A stretch of 22,361 nucleotides of DNA from Polyangiales bacterium (GTDB taxonomy: Bacteria > Myxococcota_A > Polyangia > Polyangiales > Houyiibacteriaceae): assembly GCA_045106895.1 (NCBI GenBank), contig JBGCFM010000154.1, forward strand, positions 1 through 22,361, in the 5' to 3' direction. Shown piece after piece: positions 9,161-17,449 of this stretch. Made by a program: the position numbers and the translations under genes. The notes below the pieces were generated by a model. It made no database searches. It saw only the letters and a list, made by a program, of their open reading frames with translations, and was not told where the DNA came from. Position 1 is the first letter of the stretch; the number at the start of each line of letters is the position of its first letter.

Positions 9161-10477
9161 TCAATGAAGCGAGCGTCGTGCGAAAGTCAGTCGGCCAGCA
9201 TCGGTCGTGTAGACCATGTACAAACCGCCTGTCGTGTACAGAGCTTCGCCATTGCGTCCCGCTGCACCATCGATGGCTTGGCTAAGCCAGCCCGCTCCAT
9301 CATGCGTATGAAGAGTCATACCATCGCTCACGCCGACCCAGCCCAGCGGCGTATCGAGGAGCTGCAGTGCACCGAGTGTTCCGCTGGGCCCTTGCTCTTC
9401 GGTCCACGTCCCGTCGACGGAGCGCTCGGCGATCACGTTTTCAACACTCTCCCCATTCAGCCCTCGACGTTCGTACTGAACGCGAAGTGAGCCGTCACCG
9501 AAGAGATGGAGTCCATGGTCACGATACGACCCTCGCAACTCACCATACGTCAGACCTTCGTCGACGATCTCGTGACGCCATGAACCTCCGTCGAAGAACG
9601 AGACCCGCACCGTGCTACCGCCGTACAGAACGTAGGGCCGGTCGGCAAAACCGAGCCTCAACAAAGGCTGGTCTGCGGATTCGATGTCGAGGAACTCGTC
9701 GAAAACCCAGGCTCCTTCGGACCAGATGGCGTAGGTAAAATACCCACGTCCGCGAAGGTAGTCGTGCACGACAAGGTGCACCGCGCCGTCGGCGCCGAAG
9801 GCCCAGTCCGCGGCCTCTGATGGTGTGCGACGTAGCCAAGGTGCAACCTCCCAGGTTTCCCCGCCGTCGTCCGACCACCGATACTCAACCATGTCCACTT
9901 CGCCAAACGGGCTACGTTCTGCATTGATGAGCAAATGAACACGGTTTGACGCGTCAACGTGAACCCGTGGCCGCTTCCCTCCTCGATCGCTTACCAGTCT
10001 GTCGGTCCATGCGGAGCCCTCGGCGTCATAGCGAGCAAGATGGGTGAGCCTCGAGGCGGTATAGGCCACGAGAATGTTGCCCCGGTCGTCGACGAACATC
10101 GATGGGTACTCGCCCATCTCGGCGAGCACCGTTTCTGCGACCTCGCAGCAACCGCCGGGGCACTCCGCAAAACCCGCGGCGCAAAGCCCGCAGCCTTCGT
10201 TGACCTCTTCATCACAGTTGTCGTCCCGCGAGAGTCCGTCGCAAAAATCCACCGTCGTGCATTCGTCGTTTGCTCCCGCGTCGGGGGATGCGTCAACGGA
10301 TGCGGGCGCGTCCAAAGATGCGCTCACGTCGATGGATTCGGTGTCGACGAGGCTTGCATCGAAACGGCTTGAATCACTGCTGCCGCCATCTGCGACGCCT
10401 GCGTCTACACGGTCCGCGACGCCAAATCCACTACAGGCAGCCAGCATGAGGCAAGACGAGATAGCAAACGAACGCAT
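9161..10477 (-). CDS. Putative lipoprotein with MopE-like metal-binding motif and BNR/Asp-box beta-propeller
   Basis: From ATG 10477: MRSFAISSCLMLAAC (lipobox LAAC), Asp/Ala/Ser linker (DAG, DAS repeats), FCDGLSRDDNCDEEVNEGC, CAAGFAECPGGCC, Asp-box SDDGGETW and Trp-ended beta blades. GTG 10492 is an alternative start. Confidence 0.75.
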   Translation of the reverse strand: MRSFAISSCLMLAACSGFGVADRVDAGVADGGSSDSSRFDASLVDTESIDVSASLDAPASVDASPDAGANDECTTVDFCDGLSRDDNCDEEVNEGCGLCAAGFAECPGGCCEVAETVLAEMGEYPSMFVDDRGNILVAYTASRLTHLARYDAEGSAWTDRLVSDRGGKRPRVHVDASNRVHLLINAERSPFGEVDMVEYRWSDDGGETWEVAPWLRRTPSEAADWAFGADGAVHLVVHDYLRGRGYFTYAIWSEGAWVFDEFLDIESADQPLLRLGFADRPYVLYGGSTVRVSFFDGGSWRHEIVDEGLTYGELRGSYRDHGLHLFGDGSLRVQYERRGLNGESVENVIAERSVDGTWTEEQGPSGTLGALQLLDTPLGWVGVSDGMTLHTHDGAGWLSQAIDGAAGRNGEALYTTGGLYMVYTTDAGRLTFARRSLH

Positions 10478-10636
10478 GGGAGTGCGTATCACATTGACCC
10501 TGGATATGCCTGCCGTCGAATCGTGCGTATACGGTGAGACTGGAGTCGCCTGCCACAGATGCTCGACAATCGTCGAGACTCGGTGGGGACACTTCTCCCG
10601 GAATGAACAAGCGCGCGCGGAGTGTTGAGCGTCACA

Positions 10637-11758
10637 ATGCGCCTCCGATACGCCGTCTCTGTGCTTACGTTGGTCGCGGGCTGCGCTTCCACCTCAAGGG
10701 AAGTGCATGCTCACACCTCGATGCCAGGAGAGTCCGACCTTTCGGGACCGGCGCCACGAGCGTACGCTGTCCCGGAACCCGCGCCGGTCGATGGCCCGAC
10801 ACCCGAAGCCCTTGCCGTGCGACGACAGCTGGATCGCGACCCGAGCGCTCGACCCGCCCAACGCCAATACAACTTTGGTGTCTGGGAACAGACGCACGGT
10901 AGCCATGAGGAGGCGGTGCGTCGCTTCGAGCACGCGTTGAGTCTTGAGCCTACCTACCCCGCCGCGCGCCTTGAGCTGGCGCGAATGTACGCCGAAGGCT
11001 GGGGTGTGCCCCTCGATATGCCGAGGGCGGTGACGATGCTTCGATCTCTCGCAGAAGACGACGCGGGCGGGGTCGGCGACCTCGCTTCGATCAACCTGGT
11101 GTTGCTGGGCCTCAACACGGAGCGGGTACGAGAACTTGTTCCGCTGCCCGATCTAGGTGCGTATCTGGAGCGAGCGATCGCTTCCGGACACTCCGAGCTC
11201 GAGTCTTTGCGCTACGTGTTTCCCATGGTGTCGAGCTGGTCGACACTGCCGGCCTGGGCCCGGCGCGTTCCGAACTCCGCGGCTCCCACACTCCAAAACT
11301 ATGGAGGAGTCTGGGAGACCGAACACACAGTTCCTGAACTCGTCGACGGCTCCGTCGACCCTCCCGTATGGGCAGAGCGTGAGACAAGTAGCTGCGTATC
11401 CGTGCTCGCCGACACCGACTCCATTGAGGTCGAGATCAACACGGCTTCCATCAACTATCACCACTGCTTGCTCGAAGGCAGAGGCGGCATTAACGCGGCG
11501 GGCGAACTCATCGTCGAGACCGATCAACCTCTGACGATCTACGGTGATGTGGTGCCCATCCAAGGTCCGCGCTGCTGGGTGCGCTTTCGCGCTGTTGGCC
11601 AGCAACGGCTCGAGCTCGCGGAAATATGGCCGGTCGAATGTGGACGCAACCCAGAGTGGTGCGGCGGTCGCGGCGAAATGCTCGGTCACGCCTTCGACCG
11701 CGAGAGCCGCCAACCGAACGCCCGCTGCGAGCGCTACGACGGCGTCCGAGGTCGCTGA
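10637..11758 (+). CDS. Putative lipoprotein with TPR/Sel1-like repeats and Cys-containing C-terminal domain
   Basis: From ATG 10637: MRLRYAVSVLTLVAGC (lipobox VAGC). TPR-like QYNFG...EEAVRRFEHALSLEPTYPAA. Sel1-like ARLELARMYAEGWGVPLDMPRA. Confidence 0.75.
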   Translation: MRLRYAVSVLTLVAGCASTSREVHAHTSMPGESDLSGPAPRAYAVPEPAPVDGPTPEALAVRRQLDRDPSARPAQRQYNFGVWEQTHGSHEEAVRRFEHALSLEPTYPAARLELARMYAEGWGVPLDMPRAVTMLRSLAEDDAGGVGDLASINLVLLGLNTERVRELVPLPDLGAYLERAIASGHSELESLRYVFPMVSSWSTLPAWARRVPNSAAPTLQNYGGVWETEHTVPELVDGSVDPPVWAERETSSCVSVLADTDSIEVEINTASINYHHCLLEGRGGINAAGELIVETDQPLTIYGDVVPIQGPRCWVRFRAVGQQRLELAEIWPVECGRNPEWCGGRGEMLGHAFDRESRQPNARCERYDGVRGR

Positions 11759-11970
11759 GGATTGGATACCGCATAGGAATGGTCGCCTCGGGCGTCGCTG
11801 AACGAGCGCAGGCCACGCCTGACTCGCACGACTGCACGAAAGGCCCAAGTCTTTCGTAAAGGAGCGCATCCCCGTGAAGTGCGCTCACCACTCAGATAGG
11901 ACTCGTGCGTTCGAAGGACACGCGGCGCGAGCTGTTAGATCATGATCTCTGGAGAGGCGACTAGAAGCGT

Positions 11971-12759
11971 TCAGCGCGCGTTGCGGCCGTGGAAGCGCAG
12001 CGTAAACGGCGCGCCCACGTAGCGTGGCCGTACCGCCAGCGGCGGCTCCGGGACCTCGACATTGTTCGCACGAAGCCGCTCGATCTGCGCCACGACGCTC
12101 TGGTCAAAGTCGGGGTTACCGCTTGTGCCGCGAATGCGCACGGAGATGATCTGGAGGTTCTCCGCCACCTGAATCGTCGCTTCCACGGACAGGTCGCGGC
12201 GCTGCTCTTCGGTGATCGTTGTCGGCACCGTCCAGCCTCGGCGGAAGAACGCGTAGAGCTGGCCGGCGTAGATATCGCCTTCTTGGGCCTGCGTCTCCGT
12301 GCCCTCTTCGATGCCGTCTTCGCTGCCTTCGCGTTCGCGCGCTTCGGCTTCTTCGGCAAAGAGGTCCGAGCGGTCGAGGAGGTTGCTCAAGTCACGCTCG
12401 AGGGCTTCGTCGGGCCGTTCGCGCTCTTCGCGTTCCACATTTTCGCGCGGGTCGTCGGAGAGCACGACGGCGTCCGGAGGTGCGGTGGCTGCTTGGGGGA
12501 CGACACGGTTTGGGAGCTCATCCTGGAAGTCGCGTCCCAGTTGAACGAAGCGCGCGGACACCACCTCTTCTTCGATGACCTCCACCGGCGCTTCGTCCTC
12601 CATGGTGACGAGGGCGCCGATGCCGCCGAGGGCGAGGATGATGGCCGTCGGCACGATGACGGAGCTGACCGCCGCAAAGCCGCCGATCCACTCAGCAGGG
12701 CTGAGTGCGGCGGTCTTGAGCAGGAGCGGTGGACTCCAGTCTGTGCCTCTTACGTCCAT
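11971..12759 (-). CDS. tolA: TolA/TonB-family energy transducer (single TM, acidic linker, TonB/TolA C-terminal domain)
   Basis: Follows tolQ-tolR. One N-terminal hydrophobic helix. C-terminal Y...L...FRRGWTVP...SGNPDFDQSV..QI...VPEPP pattern of the TolA/TonB_2 domain. Whether it is TolA or TonB cannot be resolved. Confidence 0.75.
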   Translation of the reverse strand: MDVRGTDWSPPLLLKTAALSPAEWIGGFAAVSSVIVPTAIILALGGIGALVTMEDEAPVEVIEEEVVSARFVQLGRDFQDELPNRVVPQAATAPPDAVVLSDDPRENVEREERERPDEALERDLSNLLDRSDLFAEEAEAREREGSEDGIEEGTETQAQEGDIYAGQLYAFFRRGWTVPTTITEEQRRDLSVEATIQVAENLQIISVRIRGTSGNPDFDQSVVAQIERLRANNVEVPEPPLAVRPRYVGAPFTLRFHGRNAR

Positions 12760-12787
12760 CGTGGTTTCAGCATTCTATTCTTGGATC

Positions 12788-13237
12788 TTACTCTTGAATC
12801 TCAGCGGGAAGCTCGCCGGCTCCGCCAGCAGGGTCCGTCACTAGACCCAGCTTCTCGATGCCAGCTTGGTTCGCAATCGTAAAAACATTCAAAACGAAGC
12901 CATAAGGCACGGTTTCGTCGGCTCTTACGTAGATTTCGTCGTCCGCCTGAAGGCGCGCGTTGTTCAGCAGCACTTCGTGAAGACGATCCGCAGGGACCAA
13001 TTCTTCCCCGAGGTAGACGTTTTGATCCGCGTCGATGGAGAGCACGAGCTTCTCTTCGTCGAGCTCCATGCGCGGCGCTTGCGTGGAGGGAAGGTCAACT
13101 TCCACGCCGGTGGACATCATCGGTGCGGCGACCATGAAAATGATGAGCAGCACCAACATGACGTCGACGAGCGGCGTCACATTGATCTCTCCCATCGGCG
13201 TGCGACCTCGCCCGCCTCCTCCGCCTGACATTCCCAC
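12788..13237 (-). CDS. tolR: TolR/ExbD biopolymer transport protein
   Basis: EINVTPLVDVMLVLLIIFMVAAPMM with the essential TM Asp, GVEVDLP, VRADETVPYG, AGIEKLGLVT. Confidence 0.93.
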   Translation of the reverse strand: MGMSGGGGGRGRTPMGEINVTPLVDVMLVLLIIFMVAAPMMSTGVEVDLPSTQAPRMELDEEKLVLSIDADQNVYLGEELVPADRLHEVLLNNARLQADDEIYVRADETVPYGFVLNVFTIANQAGIEKLGLVTDPAGGAGELPAEIQE

Positions 13238-13240
13238 GGG

Positions 13241-14002
13241 CTAAGTCCTCAGGAAGTGCCGGCGCACAATGTTGAGGTAGTCCTTCTCAAACGCATCGAG
13301 CTCGCTCTCGAGCACTTGGATTTTACGGATGAAGTAGTTGTAGGCCATGACGGCGGGGATCGCGGCGACGAGGCCAATGGCCGTTGCGATGAGCGCCTCG
13401 GCAATGCCGGGTGCGACGACATCGAGGCTCGCGCTCTTCTGCGCGCCGATGGCCATGAACGAGTTCATGATGCCCCAAACGGTTCCGAAGAGACCGATGA
13501 AGGGTGCCGTGCTTCCCGTCGTCGCCAAGAAAGGAAGCAACGCTTCAAGCGTCGTCATCTCGCTCGTGGCGCTGCGGGAGAGAGCGCGCTCGACGTTTTC
13601 AATGTCGCCTTGGTCCGTGGGGGATGCGCTACCCATCACGCGGGCGAGCTCCACATAACCTGCGCGGAACACCGCCGCGACGGGTGAGCCGTCGTAGGAG
13701 CGGATCTGCGAGTAGAGCGTCTCGAGTCGCTCTGTGGTCCAGTTGGATCCTTCTTCGCCGCCCCAGAACGCCGCGAGGAATCGCCGGCTCGAGGTTGTCG
13801 CCTGTCGAAGTCGGACCGCCTTCGCACCCATGATGAAGATGCATATGATGCCCATCATGACGAGGATGAACATCACCATCTGGACGGTGAAGGACGCCTC
13901 CATGATGAGCTGGATCGGGTCCAGGGTCTCAACTTCGGCGCCGGCGGCCTCCGTTGTTGCCCCTTGAAGCGTCACAAGAGACGCGAAGAAGACTTGGTTC
14001 AT
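13241..14002 (-). CDS. tolQ: TolQ/ExbB/MotA proton channel protein
   Basis: [25 protein letters not shown] and [31 protein letters not shown] 14002 is preceded by SD AAGGAG (14008-14013, minus strand). Confidence 0.95.
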   Translation of the reverse strand: MNQVFFASLVTLQGATTEAAGAEVETLDPIQLIMEASFTVQMVMFILVMMGIICIFIMGAKAVRLRQATTSSRRFLAAFWGGEEGSNWTTERLETLYSQIRSYDGSPVAAVFRAGYVELARVMGSASPTDQGDIENVERALSRSATSEMTTLEALLPFLATTGSTAPFIGLFGTVWGIMNSFMAIGAQKSASLDVVAPGIAEALIATAIGLVAAIPAVMAYNYFIRKIQVLESELDAFEKDYLNIVRRHFLRT

Positions 14003-14115
14003 AACGACTCCTTGAACCACTATCTGCAGATCCGGTCAACTCCCGCGCAAGCATGCAGGCGGGATGAGCCGCAAAAATGTGTCTTCGCGCCCCTCAGGTG
14101 AGGGTGGGCTTCCAC

Positions 14116-15759
14116 CTACATCACATCCGCAGGGTTGCTCGGGATGGGCGGGAGCATGAGGGCGTAGCCCAGCAGCCCACAGACGACGCAAAAGACCACG
14201 AAGACCATGACCCAAAGCCAGCGTACCCGCCGTTTTCTTCGTTTCTTGGGCTTGCGGGGCTCGGGAGCCGCCTTCGCTTCCTCCGCCGCCTTTTCCTTCG
14301 CGTCTTTCTTCTTTCCGCCGGGAAGCCGAGCTCGCCAGTCTTTCCAGTCGGGCTCAAGTGTCTGAACGACGTTGGCCACGTCGAATGCGGCGCCATCCGT
14401 GCGGTGATCCGCCATGATGCGCAGAGCGTTTTTGACGCGCTCGACGGTGGGCCGTGCGTCCACATCCAGGTCGAGCATCCGCTCGAGCAGTCGCGCGAAG
14501 GTCGGCGGCACGTCCGGGCGTAGCGTCGTGATGTCTTGGACCGGTGCCACGTTGAGTGTGCGGACCACGCCGAGACGCTGGTCGCGGGGAAAGAGCGGGC
14601 GCCCAGAGAGCGCTTCGTAGAGGCAGATGGCCACGCAGAACACGTCCGAGCGATCGTCCACGGGCATGCCTAAGGACTGCTCCGGCGACATGTAGCCGAA
14701 CTTGCCCCGGATCGCGTCCCCGTCGCCTTCTTCTTGGACGGCGCTTCGAGCGACGCCAAAGTCGAGGAGCTTGATGTGCCCGTCGAACTGCAGGACGACG
14801 TTCTGAGGGCTCACGTCGCGGTGGACGACGCGAAGTGGCTCGCCTGACGGGCCTTTGACCTTGTACGCGTAGGTCAGCGCCGAACAGATCGCTTCGCCAA
14901 CACGAAGAACGACGCCGAGGGGCAGCCCTTGTCCCATCGCGCTGGTACGGCGGAGCGTGCGGGAGAGGGTCAGCCCGTAGGCCCACTCCATAACGATGAA
15001 GGGGCTATCTTTGTCGTCGCAATACTCCAGCACCGACGCGATGTTCGGGTGCGAAAGGCAGAGCCCAAGGCGCGCTTCGTCGGTGAACATCTGTCGCAGG
15101 AGCGGCCGCGCTTGAGACGCTGGCAGCATTCGCTTGATGACGCAGGGCCCGAGAAGGTCCGGGTCGCGGGCCAAAAGGACCTCCGCCATGCCGCCCTTCG
15201 CGAGGCGACCAAACACATCGAAGCGCCCCAAGCGATAGTCCGCGACCTCATCGTGAGCAGGGCCGAGGAGGACAGGTTTCCGCGCCCTCGTTTTCTGAAC
15301 GAGGACGTCGTCGTCGAGACCACTGAGGAGCACCTCGATCTCCGGCGTCACATCTGCGGCGGTCTGCACCTTCGTGATGGCGCCCATCAGGCTCATCCGC
15401 GCCTCGTAGCGCTCGATGGGGAAGAGCAGGTCTTCGTACACCGCCGCCCACTCGCCGGGGGTGTTGGCACTCTCGCGGGCTCGTTGCAGCGCGGGCCGAG
15501 CCTTTGGGTGCGCGGCACGTTCCCAAAGCTTGAGAAGGGCGGCGAGCTCGTCCTTCTCTGCCTCGGGGCTGACGTTGATTTGACCCATGATGTCGACGAA
15601 CACGCAGGCGCTCTCGATGGGACGATTGTCGGCAAGCTCGCATAGTTCGAGGGCCACGAGCGCAGCCACCTCGACGGACACATGGCACTTGCTGCCGTCG
15701 AGGAGCATGGCCGCGTCCTCGAGGGAGTAGCGAACGCTTACCAGTGTGTCGTCGTACAC
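14116..15759 (-). CDS. Hanks-type Ser/Thr protein kinase with N-terminal extension and C-terminal membrane anchor
   Basis: LAKGGMAEV, VIKR, EAR, HPNI, HRDVSPQN, LDFGVA, GKFGYMSPEQ, RSDVF, RP. Basic run KKRRKRR then TM WLWVMVFVVFCVVCGLLGYALML. Start moved from 15852 to GTG 15759, where protein-like sequence begins and a -10-like TAAGGT lies 7 nt upstream. Confidence 0.92.
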   Translation of the reverse strand: MYDDTLVSVRYSLEDAAMLLDGSKCHVSVEVAALVALELCELADNRPIESACVFVDIMGQINVSPEAEKDELAALLKLWERAAHPKARPALQRARESANTPGEWAAVYEDLLFPIERYEARMSLMGAITKVQTAADVTPEIEVLLSGLDDDVLVQKTRARKPVLLGPAHDEVADYRLGRFDVFGRLAKGGMAEVLLARDPDLLGPCVIKRMLPASQARPLLRQMFTDEARLGLCLSHPNIASVLEYCDDKDSPFIVMEWAYGLTLSRTLRRTSAMGQGLPLGVVLRVGEAICSALTYAYKVKGPSGEPLRVVHRDVSPQNVVLQFDGHIKLLDFGVARSAVQEEGDGDAIRGKFGYMSPEQSLGMPVDDRSDVFCVAICLYEALSGRPLFPRDQRLGVVRTLNVAPVQDITTLRPDVPPTFARLLERMLDLDVDARPTVERVKNALRIMADHRTDGAAFDVANVVQTLEPDWKDWRARLPGGKKKDAKEKAAEEAKAAPEPRKPKKRRKRRVRWLWVMVFVVFCVVCGLLGYALMLPPIPSNPADVM

Positions 15760-15852
15760 GGGGCGCACCTTACAGGAGTCAGGCGAAGTCGGCCGAATCC
15801 TTGTCGCTGGTCTCGACTCCCGAACCGTCTCGTTAGCCCAAGGACGAGCCAA

Positions 15853-15878
15853 TCATGGGCTGCTCCAGCAGCCCATGA
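15853..15878 (-). terminator. Strong hairpin downstream of frmA (possible terminator or 3' stabilising stem)
   Basis: TCATGGGCTGCT-CC-AGCAGCCCATGA, a perfect 12-bp inverted repeat 65 nt past the frmA stop. No convincing U-tract follows on the minus strand. Confidence 0.45.
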
Positions 15879-15943
15879 CCAAAATCGCTGGTGTCGCTTG
15901 GTCAGAACGTAGACAGGCGTCGTACCTGGGATGCGGCGTTGAA

Positions 15944-17065
<1,122 letters not shown>

Positions 17066-17100
17066 CTATGTGCGTACGGGGCGGGTTTGTTTCCGAGCAC

Positions 17101-17376
17101 CTACTTGAGGTAGGTGCGCAGTAGATCGTTGAGCTGGTCTATGCTTTGGCGTCGCTCCGCGTCGGTCACATCTGGGACACCGAGCGTTTCTTGAATGTGA
17201 GACTCGAGCACCTGGCGCATGAGGCCGTTCGTTGCGCCACGCACCGCAGCAATCTGCTGGAGGACCGGGCCGCAATCGGCCCCTGCCTCTAGCGCAGTCT
17301 CCAGCGCGACGAGCTGTCCCTTGATTCTTCGAACTCGGGTTAGAACGCGCTTTTTTTCGCTTGGTGAGTGGGGCAC
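17101..17376 (-). CDS. frmR: Formaldehyde-responsive repressor FrmR (CsoR/RcnR family)
   Basis: MPHSPSEKKRVLTRVRRIKGQ...C35...LQQIAAVRGATNGLM..VLESHI...YLK. Pro2 and Cys35, the formaldehyde cross-linking pair of enterobacterial FrmR, are present. Lies directly upstream of frmA. Confidence 0.95.
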   Translation of the reverse strand: MPHSPSEKKRVLTRVRRIKGQLVALETALEAGADCGPVLQQIAAVRGATNGLMRQVLESHIQETLGVPDVTDAERRQSIDQLNDLLRTYLK

Positions 17377-17382
17377 AACGTC

Positions 17383-17410
17383 TGGATAGCATACTCCACC
17401 ATAGTATCAA
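17383..17410 (-). promoter_or_regulatory. frmRA promoter with FrmR operator
   Basis: Inverted repeat ATACT-ccaccat-AGTAT (17391-17407), an ATAC-N9-GTAT site with a C-rich centre as known for FrmR/CsoR/RcnR operators. It lies between and partly over the -35-like TTGATA (17405-17410) and the extended -10-like TGcTATCCA (hexamer 17383-17388); spacer 16 nt. Confidence 0.8.
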
Positions 17411-17449
17411 TGTTGCCGTTTTAGGTGCTTTTGGCGGGGTCTCGTGGCT

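Noticed and set aside
10493..10636. Small palindromes and a TTGACC in the divergent spacer
   Set aside because: Stems are 6 bp or shorter in GC-rich DNA, and there is no properly spaced -10 element.
11820..11960. Hammerhead ribozyme or glycine riboswitch (CTCAG, CTCTGGAGAG, minus-strand CTGAG)
   Set aside because: No CUGANGA/GAAA core in the junction, no complete glycine aptamer, and no downstream co-oriented gene.
14041..14104. Short hairpins between the kinase and tolQ
   Set aside because: 6-bp stems with no adjacent U-tract; not enough to call a terminator.
15760..15852. ORF-track extension of the second kinase (TTG 15852)
   Set aside because: Low-complexity R/P/S sequence with no SD. 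GTG 15759 has a better upstream signal.
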